Assembly: GCA_965287045.1 (NCBI GenBank)
Contig: OZ336876.1
Coordinates: forward strand, 22,506,001-22,570,000
DNA from: Carcharhinus amblyrhynchos
Lineage: Eukaryota
Direction of reading: 5' to 3'
DNA: 64,000 bases
Within the stretch, counting starts at the first letter, position 1. Each line of letters opens with the position of its first letter. Position numbers and translations under genes: made by a program. This document shows, one piece after another, positions 11,901 to 24,574 of the stretch. The notes beneath the pieces were generated by a model. The model saw nothing but the letters and a program-made list of their open reading frames with translations. It was not told where the DNA came from and ran no database searches.

Positions 11901-12487
11901 TATCATGACCTAGAAGCAAATTCACCAATACTGATGAGAAGACTCTCACAACCCCTATTGTGAGCTAGCATACTGAAGTCTCACAACATTGGTGCTCTGG
12001 ACCTTAGTTTAGCAGACCTGGCTGCAGTAGTGAACAATGCTCTTTTGAAGTCTTTACTAAATACACTCTCCTGGCCTGAAGTCCTGGGAGAAGCCTTAGA
12101 AGTGTCCTTTGATCTACAGATCTTGTTGGATGGAAACAGATAAGGATGTTTTGGCTTTCCTCTGATGTTGACTGGTTATTCTAGCTCCCCTTGCGTCTCC
12201 ATGATTCCCCTCTTTTTCTAGGTGACTTAGGCCTCACCTTATAACATTGATGCTATTTCTGCCTCCATGGCTGTTGCTGAATATTTCTGGCATTTTCTGT
12301 TTCTCTCGAATAGCACTTGGGGCTCGGGAGTTGAATTTTGTTTGATAACGCTCCTGCCTTGGTATATTTTACTATATTAAAGGCACTATTTAGAATACAA
12401 GCAATTGTTACTGTTGTTTAAATATTGCAGTGAATATCACACACTAAGTATCAGGATATGGTCTCTTATTCTGAGACATCATGCATA

Positions 12488-12621
12488 GGGGAGATGATGG
12501 CCTAGTGGTAATTCAGAAACTCAGCAAATGTCTGAGAAACCTGGGTTTGAATTCCATCATAGCAGATGGTGGAATTTGAACTCAATAAAAATAATGTGGA
12601 ATTAATCTACTGATGACCATG
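12488..12621 (+). mobile_element. 5' half of a second tRNA-derived SINE family
   Basis: GGGGAGATGATGGCCTAGTGGTA...GGGTTTGAATTCC...CAGATGGTGGAATTTGAA; same family as the full copy at 47488-48060 (-). Confidence 0.8.
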
Positions 12622-13178
12622 CAGCTGTATAAGGTACTGGTGAGGCCATACCTGGAGTACTGTGTACAGTTTTGGTCTCCTTACTTGAGAAAGGATTTAC
12701 TGGCACTGGAGGGGGTGCAGAGGAGATTCACTAGGTTGATTCTGGAGTTGAGAGGGTTGGCTTATGAGGAGAGGCTGAGTAGACTGGGGCTATACTCATT
12801 GGAATTCAGAAGAATGAGGGGAGAACTTATAGTAACGTATAAGATTATGAAGGGAATAGATAAGATAGGAGCAGGTGAAACTAGAACGTGGCCTCAAAAT
12901 AAGGGGAAGCTGATTTAGGACTGAGTTGAGGAGAAACTTCTTCACACAGAGTTGTGGATCTGTGGAATTCCCTGCCCAGTGAAGCAGTTGAGGCTACTTC
13001 ACTCAATGTTTTTAAAGCAAGGATAGATACATTTTTGAACAGTAAAGGAAGTAAGGGTTACGGTGAGCGGGCGGGTAAGTGGAGCTAAGTCCGCAAAAAG
13101 ATCAGCCATGATCCTATTGAATGGTGGAGCAGGCTCGAGGGGCCAGATAGCCTACTCCTGCTCCTCATTCTTATGTTC
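12619..13178 (+). mobile_element. 5'-truncated CR1 LINE
   Basis: ORF 12613-12918 QLYKVLVRPYLEYCVQFWSP; CR1 3' UTR and TTCTTATGTTCT tail. Confidence 0.93.
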
Positions 13179-13444
13179 TAAATTAATTTGAGTGTTGCAG
13201 TATAATTCTGTTAAATTAATCTAATAATGTGTCTGTCAAGCAGTGAAATGCTATTTGCTATGAGGCAATCATCATACAGAAATCGTCATCTGTGGTGTTC
13301 CAACACTTGCATATATGATTGCTTACATCATTGCTATGCAACAAATAATGTTTTTAAACTGAGCACAAATAGTAATACCACATAGCATCCAAATTTCCAA
13401 TGTCAGGTGTATGATCTACTTGGATGCTTCACCTCTGGAAGACT

Positions 13445-13836
13445 GTGGTTTGTAGGTTCAATTAGCACTTGAGCAGACAATCTAAACTGACATCTCAGTG
13501 CAGGAATGAAACAGAGCTGTATTTCCAGGGGAGCCTTTTTTCTGAATGGACGTTAAACTGAGGTCCTACCTGTCCTGTCATGTAAATAAGAAAGACCATT
13601 TCAAAGATGAGAAGGATATGTGTTAACCTTGGCCGACATCTTTCCCTCAGCCCACACCAAGGGATGAATTTTCCAGTCTTGCCCACCACAGGAATTATCA
13701 CAGTCATGCTAGACATTTGATGGACAATTGAAAGGTTTGCTTTGTTGATCTTGGGCAGGAACCTCCAGTCCCAGGTGATCTGGTCATTATCTCATTGTGG
13801 ATTTTGGGATCTTGTTGTGCACAAACTGGCTGCCAC
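13445..13836 (+). mobile_element. Old Deu-domain (SacSINE1/AmnSINE1-like) SINE split by a CR1; its 3' end resumes at about 15180-15250
   Basis: GGACGTTAAACTGAGGTCC..., TGGTCATTATCTCATTG..TGGGATCTTGTTGTGCACAAACTGGCTGCC; tail GAAAGGTGCTAAATAAATG after the CR1. Confidence 0.7.
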
Positions 13837-15172
13837 ATAAGAACATAAGAAATAGGAGCAGGAGTAGGCCATCCAGCCCTTCGAGCCTGCCCCGCCATTC
13901 AGTAAGATCATGGCTGATCTGTCATGTCTCAGTTCCACATTCCCGCCCTCTCCCCATAACCCTTAAACCCCTCACTTATCAAAAACCCATCAACCCGCGT
14001 CTTAAAAATATTTAGCGAGGCAGCCTCCACCACCTCAACGGACAGAGAATTCCAGAGATTCACCACCCTTTGAGTGAAGAAGTTCCTCCTCAACTTCGTT
14101 CTAAACCGCCCCCCCTTTTATCTTGAGGCTGTGCCCCCTAGTCCTACTGTCCTTTCTGAGCGGGAAGAGCCTCTCCACCTCTATCCTATCCATCCCATTC
14201 ATCATCTTATACGTCTCAATGAGATCTCCCCTCATTCTTCTAAACTCTAACGAGTACAAGCCTAGTTTATTCAGCCTCTCCTCATAGCTCAACCCCCTCA
14301 ACTCCGGTATCAGCCTAGTAAACCTCCACTGCACTCCCTCCAAGGCCAAAATATCCTTGCGTAAGTACGGCGACCAAAACTGCACACAGTACTCCAGCTG
14401 CGGCCTCACCAATGCCCTATACAGCTGCAGCAAGACCTCCCTACTTTTATATTCAATCCCCCTTGCTATGAAGGCCAGCATCCCATTAGCCTCCCTGACC
14501 ACCTGCTGCACCTGCAAGCTGGGTTTTTGCGACTCATGCACAAGGACCCCGAGGTCCCTCTGCACCGTCGCCTGCTGCAGTTTATCGCCCCGTAAGTAAT
14601 AGTCCTTCCTACCATTGTTCCTACCAAAGTGGACCACCTCGCACTTGCCAACACTAAATTCCATTTGCCATTTCCTGGCCCATTCGCCCAGCCTATCTAG
14701 ATCCTTCTGCAGACTCTCCACACCCTCTGCGCAATTTGCCGTTCCACCAATCTTGGTGTCATCAGCAAATTTCGACACCATACACTCGGTTCCCTCCTCC
14801 AGATCATCTATATAAATGGTAAATAGCTGAGGCCCCAGCACCGACCCCTGGGGCACTCCACTAGTCACCAACCGCCAATCCGAATAGCACCCATTCACCC
14901 CCACTCTCTGCCTCCTATTTGACAACCAATCCTCTATCCACGCTAACACCCTACCCCCAACTCCATGCCCCCTTACCTTCTGCAATAACCTCTTGTGAGG
15001 TACCTTGTCAAACGCCTTCTGAAAATCAAGGAAGACCACATCCACCGGCTCTCCTCTATCCACCGCCCTAGACACATCCTCATAGAACTTTAATAAATTT
15101 GTCAGACACGACTTCCCCTTAATGAAACCGTGCTGTGTCTGCTCTATCAAGCAATTCCCCTCAAGATGCCTG
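13835..15172 (-). mobile_element. Young 5'-truncated CR1 LINE
   Basis: 349-aa ORF 14101-15150 with RT motifs QHGF..KSCLTNL, DFQKAFDKVPH, GVPQGSVLGP, FADD; near-identical to 2392-3422. Confidence 0.97.
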
Positions 15173-15415
15173 TCTCACTTTATTGCAGCAATTACACTTT
15201 AATAGTGCTGGAAAGTGATTTGAAGTCAGGAAAGGTGCTAAATAAATGAACAACCTTATTATTGTATATTTGCAATGATTTTGAGGCTCAGGAATTTTTC
15301 AAAAATTGAGTATTTCAAAGTATTAAAGCTTTTTTCCAGCTCAATCTTGGAGATCAATTAATCTGAGCAAATAACAAATGAAATAGGATGATGGAAGGCA
15401 ACGAAGACATATCAC

Positions 15416-17720
15416 TTGATTTGATTTATTATTGTCACATGTATTGGTATACAATAAAAAATATTGCTCGAGTGCTATACAGACAAAGCATACCGTTCAT
15501 AGAGAAGGAAAGGCGAGGATGCAGAATGGTGTAGTGTTATAGTCATATCTAGGGTAAAGAGAAAGATCAACTTAATATGAGGTAGATCCATTCAGAAGTC
15601 TGATAGCAGCAGAGAAGAAGCTGTTCTTGAGTCGGTTGATACGTGTCCTCAAACTTTTGTATCTTTTTCCCAATGGAAGAACGTGGAAGAGAGAATGTTT
15701 GAGGTGCGTGGGGTCCTTGATTATGCTGGCTGCTTTTCTGAGGCAGCAAGAAGTGTAGACAGAGTCAACGGATGGGAGGCTGGTTTGAATGATGGACTGG
15801 GCTTTGTTCAAAACTCTATGTAGTTTTTGCGGTCTTGGCCAGAGCAGGAGCCAGACCAAGCTGTGATACAACCAGAAAGAATGCTTTCTATGATGCATCT
15901 GTCAAAGTTAGTGGGAGTTGTAGTGACAGGCCAAATTTCCTTATCCTCCTGAGAAAGTAGAGACATTGTTGGGTTTTCTTAACTATAGCATCAGCATGGA
16001 GAGAGCAGGACAAGTTGGCGATCTGGACATCTGCTAAGTTGAGGCTCTCAATCATTTCTATGTTGTCGCCATTGACATAAATAGGGCATGTTCCCCACTA
16101 TGCTTCCTGAAGTTGATAATTATCTCCTTCATTTTGTTGACATTGAGGGAGAGATTATTCTCATTGTACCAGTTCACCAGATTCTCCATCTCTTTCCTGT
16201 ACTCCGTCTCATTGTTTGAGATCTGACCCACTATGGTGGTGTCAAAAGCAAACTTGAAAATCGAGCTGGAGGGGAACTTAGCCACACAGTCATAGGTATA
16301 TAAGGAGTATAGTAAGGTGCTGAGGACACGGCTTTTTGAGGCACCAGTGTTGAGGATGATCATGGAGCGGGTGTTGTTGCTTATCCTTATTGATTGTGGT
16401 CCGTGGATTTGGAAGCCCTAGGCTCCAGTTGCAAAGGGAGGAGCTGAGCCCTAGGCCACAGAGTTTGGAAATAAATTTTGAAGGAATAATGGTGTTGAAT
16501 GCTGAGCTGTAGTCAATAAATAGGAGTCTAACAAATAGGTGTCTTTGTTATCTAGGTGTTCCAGGGTTGAGTGTAGGGCCAGGGAAATGGTGTCTACTCT
16601 GGGTCTGTTCAGCGATAGGTAAACTGCACTGGATCAGGCAATCATAGAATTCCTACGGTGCAAAAGGAGGCCATTATCCCATCATGTCTGCACCAACTAC
16701 AATCCTACATTTTTATCCCCCTGATACTAGTGTCAATTTCGCACAGCCAATCAACCAAACCCGCACATCTTTGGACTGTGGGACGAGACAGGAGCACCTG
16801 GGGGTTCAATTATCACTTGAACAGACAATCTAGACTGACACCTCAGTACAGGACTGAAACAGAGCCGCATTTCTGGGGGAGCCCTTTTTCTGAATGGACG
16901 TTAAAACTGAGGTCCTATCTGTCCTCTCATGTAGAGCTTTGGTCCAGGTTCCAAGGCTTCTGGGTAGAGGGCGTGCTCTTGCAGACCTCTTGCTCATAAC
17001 GAGCATAGAATGCATTTGAGCTCATCAGGGAGGGGTGCCTTGGTGCCAACGATTTTATAAGCCTTCATCTTTAGCCTGTTATATCTTGCAGATCTTGTCA
17101 TAGTCGGTGGAAGTCCATGTGGCTGGCCTAGGACTCTAGCTTGGTCCGGTACTGTCTTTTGGCATCTTTGATGAATCTCTATAGATCACTTCTGGATTTC
17201 TTGTATAGGTCAGAGTCGCCTCTCTTGAATGCCTCAGATCTGGACTTCAGCAAGCAGTGGATAACCCTGTTTATCCATGGTTTCTGGTTGGGAAACACAT
17301 GGATTTGCTTCTTTGGCACACAGTTTTCTACACACTTACTAATGAAGTCAATTGTAGTGGTATATTCATTTAGGTTGGTTGCTTAGTTTTTAAATACTGA
17401 CCAGTCTACTGACTCGATACAGCCCCATAGAAGATATTCCAACTCCTCAGACCAACGTGGTACGACTTTCTTTAATGGATTCTCCTGTGTCTGATTTTGC
17501 TTGTAAGCCGAGAGCTGGAGCACAGCCTTGTGCTCTGAATTGTCAAAGTGTGGGTGGATGATAGAGTGGAAGGCATTTTTGATATTTGTGAAGCAGGGGT
17601 CTAGACTGTTTGGGTTGCTGGTGAAACTGGAGATGTATTGGTGATATCTTGGTAGGATACTTTTGAGTTTGGTCTGATTGAAGTCCCCAAGGTGCCATGT
17701 AGACTGTGGCCTGCTCAAAT
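15416..17720 (-). mobile_element. Degraded Rex1/Babar-clade LINE (APE endonuclease and RT), interrupted by SINE fragments at about 16640-16935
   Basis: GDFNQ..LDPCF..HPHFDNSEHKAVL (APE); [38 protein letters not shown] (Rex1-type RT); (TCAAA)n-type tail at 15416. Confidence 0.88.
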
Positions 17721-18669
17721 AGGTATTGCTAGTGTGATGTGTGCAATTGATTGCTTGCTCTTCCTTTCTGTGTTAATAATTGCTTAGTTATAAAACTTAA
17801 TGAAATTTTCAGCAAGGTTTAACACAGCGCTCAAAAATAAGAATGAAAAAGATAATTGACATCTGTACCAAGATTCAGATGGAGAGAGGCCCTGGACATA
17901 TTACATCATATTCGATTAGAACTATTTGGAAGCATGCAACTTTATATTTTCTGGTTCTTCAATTACCCAGATTGCTAATGGTGCAACCAAACATGAATTA
18001 GGTACATGGTATGTAAGGAAAAATGCAGAGTTTTTAGCATTAAATATTTTAAACAATCTGAAATGTCAAATTAAGTACTATTTATAATGAATTCATAGGG
18101 AAAATACTAAAGAAAAAATCAATGGTGCAAACCCAAAGGAGATAAAGTGACAGATGAAGATGATCCAAAATTCATTGACATTTGGAATACATTGTCTGGG
18201 AGCAGCAAACTAACCAACAGTATTCAAAACCAATTCTCCACGCATGATTGCTGGCATCTTTAATCTCAATATGTCACTGCTTCAGTGACATTCCTTGTTA
18301 ATAGCTACTCAAGATATTATACTTCACGGTATTTATCTTACACAAATATTGCACAAACTCATGATGGTTTTGCTGGAAGCTTTAAAAAATGCAGCAAGAT
18401 TCATTTAACATCGATTTCTTCATTACCAAACAAATTCACCAAGTAACAATAGAATTGAAAACGATCTGTATTCATTTTCTTTTCCGTCAAGACTTATCTA
18501 CTGATATTATCGTCTAACAGGTAAATATAGGTACACAGGAACAAGTGAAGGCCATAATTCCTCAAACTTGTCAACCACTCAATAGCTAATGCGTATAACA
18601 ACTATTGCTCCTACTCTTCTGTTTCATTCAAAGAGAAGGTGCATTGCCAGAAGTTATTCCTTTTCCTTA

Positions 18670-18760
18670 CGGAGGGTCAGTTCCCCGTGTATGAATATAT
18701 GTAGCTTCTAGCAAGCATAAGTGAGCTCCACTGTGAGCCTGGCTGATGATCTTAAATTGG
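18670..18760 (-). mobile_element. Penelope-like element fragment (GIY-YIG C-terminus)
   Basis: QFKIISQAHSGAHLCLLEATYIHTRG, homologous to the end of the PLE at 33520-34036. Confidence 0.7.
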
Positions 18761-19340
18761 TACAGAGAATGCTGGAAAAGTTCAGCAGGTCTAGCAGCAT
18801 CTGTAAGGCCAGGCAGCAGAGTGAATGTTTTTGAATACTTTTGACTCTTCAGCATTGCCATTTTAACTCAGCACCTTCCTCTCATGTCCACATGTCCATC
18901 CTTGACCTGTTTGTAATGCTCCAGTGAAGCCTGGTGCAAGCTGGAGAAGCAGCATCTCATTTTCTCAATGGACAAATTGTAGCCCCTGAGATTCAATATC
19001 AAGTTTGGCAACTATAGATTGTGACCTTTCTATTCTACCTTAAAGTCCTCTTTATAAAATATCCCATGCATATAATGTCTCAGTGTTACCAACTTCCTCT
19101 CCTCCTGCCCCCCACACCTCCCCCACACCAGGCCATTTGTATTTTGTTCTTAAAGTTACTACATTTTGTTGCAATCTCTCACAGCTAATATCTAACACAT
19201 TTGCCTTCTCTTCAGTTCTGATGAAGACCCAAAAGGACTCTAAGTGTTTTCTCTCCCTTCAGATGTTGGTAGACCAGCTGAGCTTTCCCAGCATCGTCAG
19301 TTCTTGTTTCAGATTCCAGCATCCGGAGTATTTTGCCAAT
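18760..19340 (+). mobile_element. Penelope-like element with inverted 5' pseudo-LTR, GIY-YIG C-terminal remnant and 3' pseudo-LTR with decayed HHR
   Basis: Starts with inverted terminus AATGCTGGAAAAGTTCAGCAGGTCTAGCAGCATCTG; codes HFNS..HMSILDL..SEA.CKLEKQHLIF; ends TTCTGATGAAGACCC..GGACTC...CAGATGTTGGTAGACCAGCTGAG...TCAGATTCCAGCATC. Confidence 0.75.
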
Positions 19341-19630
19341 TTTAAATTAATTGTTTATGTAATTCTTAGCACACTCAAGATTGTTCAGAAAATGCCCTCC
19401 AGTTTTGGAATCATTTAATGTTCAACATCATTTGCAAGAAAGGGCTGGTGAAATATGGTCAGTAGTCTGCCTATTGTGAACAACTGGAGGGACAGGCTGT
19501 TTGATATGATCCACCAGTCATTGGGATATATGGTCTAGTTGCTGAAATAGGGATGCATCAGTGCTAAATTGCGTGATAATGGCTATCCCAATCGGATCAT
19601 TGCTTGTGTATCACGCATACTTGTATGTGT

Positions 19631-20558
19631 ATCACAGATGACGCTAAGATGGGTGCAAGAGCAAAGTGTGCAGAGGTCGCTGCAAGTTTGTAAAGGGATG
19701 TAGGTAATCTAAGTGAGTGGGCGAGGGTCTGGCAGATGGAGTACAATGTTGGTAAATGTGAGGTCATCCATTTTGATAGGAGTAACAGCAAAATGGACTA
19801 TTATTTGAATGGTAAAAAATTGCAGCATGCTGCTGTGCAGAGGGACCTGGGTGTCCTTGTGCAGGAGTCTCAAGGAGTTGGTTTGCAGGTGCAGGAGGTA
19901 ATTAAGAAGGAAAATGGAATTGTCCTTCATTGCTAGAGGGATGCAGTTTAAAAACAGTGAGGTTATGTTGCAGCTGTATAAGGTGCTGGTGAGGCCACAC
20001 TTGGAGTACTGTGTGCAGTTTTGGTCTCCTTACTTGAGAAAGAATATACTGGCACTGGAGGGGGTGCAGAGGAGATTCACTAGGTTGATTCCGGAGTTGA
20101 GAGGATTGGCTTATGAGGAGAGACTGAGTAGACTGGTGTATACTGATTGAATTCAGAAGAATGAGGGGAGATCTTATAGAAACATATAAGATGACGAAGG
20201 GAATAGATAAGATAGAAGCAGGGAAGTTGTTTCCACTGGTGGATGAAACTAGAACTAGGGGCCATAGCCTTAAAATAAGGGGAAGCAGATTTAGGACTGA
20301 GTTGAGGAGGAACTTCTTCACACAAAGGATTGTGAAACTGGAATTCCCTGCCCCAGTGAAGCAGTTGAGGCTATCTCATTGAATGTTTTTAAGGCAATGA
20401 TAGATAAATTTTTGAACAGTAAAGGAATTAAGGGTTATGGTGAGCGGGTGGGTAAGTGGAGCTGATTCCATGAAAAGGTCAGCCGTGATCTTATTGAATG
20501 GCAGAGCAGGCTCGAGGGGCCAGATAACCTACTCCTCCTCCTAGTTCTTATGTTATGT
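19631..20558 (+). mobile_element. 5'-truncated CR1 LINE inserted in a PLE RT remnant (about 19520-19630 and 20559-20645)
   Basis: ORFs 19736-20382 are frameshifted CR1 RT; the flank encodes the PLE motif LRDNGYPNRII. Confidence 0.9.
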
Positions 20559-21179
20559 ACTCATGGATGCGCCAAAGTCAGCCATTGTTGAACCTGATAA
20601 GTGTCTGGTCCAACATTAATTACTCTAGAAAGAAAAGGCATCTAAGCACAGTGGAAGATCCTGCTGTTTGTGACTTTGATCTGCCATGAAATTCTCAGTA
20701 TGAACCTTGTCTGTATTTGGTGGAAGCATTGCAGAGCTTTGATGTGGCACCTATATCCAGAATCCTCTAACATATGGCAGAGTGGTAAGAACAATGACTA
20801 ATAGTTTAAATTTATCCTTCAGATTAATGCCATGCTCCTTCCAGGCACCATCATAGAGTCAGCTGTAAGCAAAAAGTTGCTTTCTAGATGCATACGCATG
20901 TATCCTCACCAATAATGACACCTCTGGAGAGCACACTACCAAACTAAGGTAATTTTTCAAGATCCTTGAGATTGTGCTATCAACAATTGCATCTGGCACT
21001 TCATAATGTCTGCCTGGTAGTGGCTGAATCATATTCTCGATCTTGGGTTCACTAAGTTAGGGAGCAAAGCTTTTGGCAGCATTTGACTGCTATTGCAAAT
21101 GTGGAGACACAGCTCTCTCTACTTTTCCAAGTGATTTATAAATATCATGAAAAGCTGACTTAAATATGAGTATGAAGGC

Positions 21180-21960
21180 ATGATGAAAATATTTGCAGAT
21201 GACTCAAAGACAGATAAGAAAGTATGTTGTGAAGGGGACATAGAGGGTTGCAGACAGATGTAGATAGATTGGATGAGTGGGCAAAAATCTGACAGATGAG
21301 CACATCGTGGGAAAATTTAAAGTTGTTCACTTTGGCAGGAAGAATAAAAATGCAGACTACTACTTTGTATTACAAAGTATTACAGGATTCAGAGGGGCAG
21401 AGGGATCTTGGTGTTCTCATGCATGAGTAGTTTTGGTTTCCTTAGTTAGGAAAAGATGTAAATGCTTTGGAAGTGGTTCAGAGGAGCTTTACTAGATTGA
21501 TACCCAGAATGTGCGAGTAGATTTAAGAGGAAGGGTTGGAGAAACTGAGCTTGTTTCCACAGAATTTAGAGGAGTGAGGAAGTGACTCAATTGAAGTATA
21601 TAAGATCATCAATGGTATTGACCAGATGGACGTGGAAAGGCCTCTTGGGGCCAGTCTAGAATTAGAAACACTGCTTTACAATTAGGGGTTGAATTTTTAG
21701 GACAGGAGATTAGAATTTTTTTCTTTTGAGAGCTGTGTGACTTTGGAACTCTGCCTCTGAAGGCAGTGGAGGTGGGGTAATTAAATATTTTTAAGGTGGA
21801 GGTAGCTAGATTCTTGTTAGGTATGGGAATCAAAGGTTCCCAGGGATCGATGGGGAATGTGAAATATGAAATTCAAAATGATCAGGCATGACCTTACTCA
21901 ATGGTAGAGGAGACACGAAGGGCTGAACGGCCTACTTCTGCTCCTATTTTGTATGTTCAT
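21180..21960 (+). mobile_element. Old CR1 LINE 3' part
   Basis: IFADDSK..., CR1 3' UTR GGGCTGAACGGCCTACTTCTGCTCCTATTTTGTATGTTC. Confidence 0.85.
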
Positions 21961-23379
21961 TCATTCGGAAAGCTGCTACTTTGAGCCTTATTAACCCTGT
22001 GTTAACCAATCTTGCTCAAGACAATGAGCTAAAATGAACATAAATCCATGGCTAGGTGGTCAATGTGTGGTGCAGAATTATGCTCACAAAGCAGGTTCAA
22101 TCCCTGAATTGGTTGTGGTAATTCATTATGACCTACCTTGCCCCAAGCTTGATATTGAATAGTGCCTCTTAGCTCTATAACCAATAAACTCTCTTTAATG
22201 GAGGAAGAAACTGATGGTTCTTCATTGACTGCAGTTAATTACGTTTTCTAGGTTAAAAAGAGGATATCTTATTGGGGGATCTTGTATTTTTAGCCTCTAT
22301 TCTTTGACCCTCATGGCCTAAGCAGATGTGTGTTGATATTAAATGCTAGCCTTGGTTGTGAGATCCCACAGTAAACTATCCTGCTGATGCTTATTATTTA
22401 GGTTCGATCAGGAAGATTTGCCATTTAGCCAAGAGGCAACAGGGCTCCCTGCAGCCCTGAACCCATAAGGCCAATTCTCAGTTGGGTGCTCTTGTGAAAT
22501 ACACCCATACATTCCAAGTGGACATCTTGTGGATTCATATAGGATAGGCCCAAGATCCACAATCATTGCAACCAAGTTCATAATGTGGAATTTTAATATG
22601 GTTTAAAGCCAGTACTAAGAGTGTGTATGATCATTACTGTAACCACCAATTCAATGCAAACCATCTCTGGACAGATCTCTAATCACAGCATTTGCTAACC
22701 TCAGCTCTAATTGTACTGCTTGATATGAGTGCCCTATTCCTCCAGCCAATAATTGGCATGGATTTGGAGAAATTCAGATAGATTCAGACAGGGATTTGTC
22801 CTTACCATTGGTACCAATGTAGAATTAACCCAGAGACCACTTGCACTGGGCACTTCACCAATCAATCCTTCCTGGCCCCCACTATCAGAGTTCCTTGAGA
22901 TAAATGTATGTAAGCTGACGCTTGCTGACTCTTTTCTCAGATACCAAATTCCCGTTCTCTCTCATTTGAGAAAGGAGGATTCATCCTAAAAGAAAAAGGA
23001 ACATGTATTAGCACAGAAGGTGTGAGATAATGATCTGTGTGCAGTATTAAGGTCCTAATACTATTTTTCTCCTAGCCACACATAATAACATATCACTTAA
23101 TGAGGGCTTTTAATGGGAAACTAAGAGTAAGTTGAAGTGAACCCTAAGATTTTTGGAATGGCATCAAGTCTCTCTCACATTCTCCGTAGCTTGCACACAT
23201 TAATAGGGATAGCTCTTTGTGGATGCAAAAGTTGGCTGGACTGCCACCTCCAGGCGTTCGCTTTTGATGATTGTTAGTAGACTTCTCTTTTAAAAATGGA
23301 CATGTTCAGCACTTGAGCATAACATAAGACGCAGCCTAGTTCATATCCTTCATTTCATCTTGTGTCAAGGCCTGACAAG

Positions 23380-23670
23380 AAGAGAGAAAGGCTTACATTT
23401 ATACAGCACTTTTCATGATCCCCCAAATATTTAACAGTTAATGAGGAACTTTTGAAGTGTAATCATGACAGGAAATGCAACAGTCAACTTTCATACAACA
23501 AGCTTCCAACAGCAATAGAATAATGATGAGATAATCTAATTGTGGGTGTTGTGAGAGATAAACATTGGCCAGGATAGTCCCTTGTGCTCCTTCAGAAGAA
23601 TAATGCCATGCAATCATTCACATCCAACTGAAAGGGCAGACCAGGCTTGGTTTAAAGTCACAGTCAAAAC
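23380..23670 (-). mobile_element. Deu-domain (SacSINE1-like) SINE fragment
   Basis: Reverse-complement tail AGAAAGGCTTACATTTATACAGCACTTTTCATGA and Deu core AAACATTGGCCAGGA. Confidence 0.7.
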
Positions 23671-24574
23671 CCTTCCAACATGAAAGTAGCTCATAGTAGC
23701 TTGTTCTGAGTTGTTGACAAGATTTGCAATAGTTGTATGAGACAAAATAAATATTTTTCATTGGCAGTTAGAACTCAATCTTCAAAGATACACACTTGAA
23801 ATTTATGCATCAAATCTCAGATGGGATTTCAGCAGAATACATCCAGAGAAATGTCTAATACACCATTTATATAATTTCGACAAGATTTCCACACATCTCC
23901 CACTAAAGTACTCCTTACTTATTTGTTAAGAAGTGTGAGGTATTGTGGCACCATGTTGTAGGCTGTGTTAGTTGTGTGCACAATACAGGCCATCCATTGG
24001 ATTAAGTTGGTACACCCTCATCAACAATACCTTGGCATTCTTCCTCAGGCAGTAGAACATCAACCTCATCCGCTCCTGCCAATTAGTTTCTGGGAAAACT
24101 TTCCTTCACCCATATTTTATCAAACGTAGCCTGGATATGACATCACCTTTTAACTCAAATGATGACCTCTCTTATCTTGCCTTTGCTGTTGGCTGTCCCT
24201 CGATTCAAGAATGACTATTCGGGGTTTGTGAGTTTCTGCCATGGGACTGAATTTATGTGACTGAAGAGGCCAATTCTTGATTTGTAAATGCTGAGGCATA
24301 TGGAACAAAAGGTCCCCTGAGTTAGTGGGATCTGGAGGGCTGAAACTGTTTCCTTTTATGATGCCACTCTGCCTCCTCATTAATATGTTTTGAGTTCAAG
24401 TGTGATGCAGCTTGATGGAAATATTGTTGCTGTTTTAAAAAAGTGGTAGCAAGCCCCCAACACCTCCCTTACCAACTTATTAAGATCAATGCTTGAAGGA
24501 GAGCTTCAAAGTGTCATCAAAGTGTTTTCTTTGTTCTCCAATGGAATGCTAGCCATTTGAGAGTTTAGGACTTT

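Noticed and set aside
17812-18012. Upstream exon of the host gene (QGLTQRSKIRMKKIIDICTK...)
   Set aside because: The good acceptor and the good donors are in different frames with stops between them; I could not join it reliably
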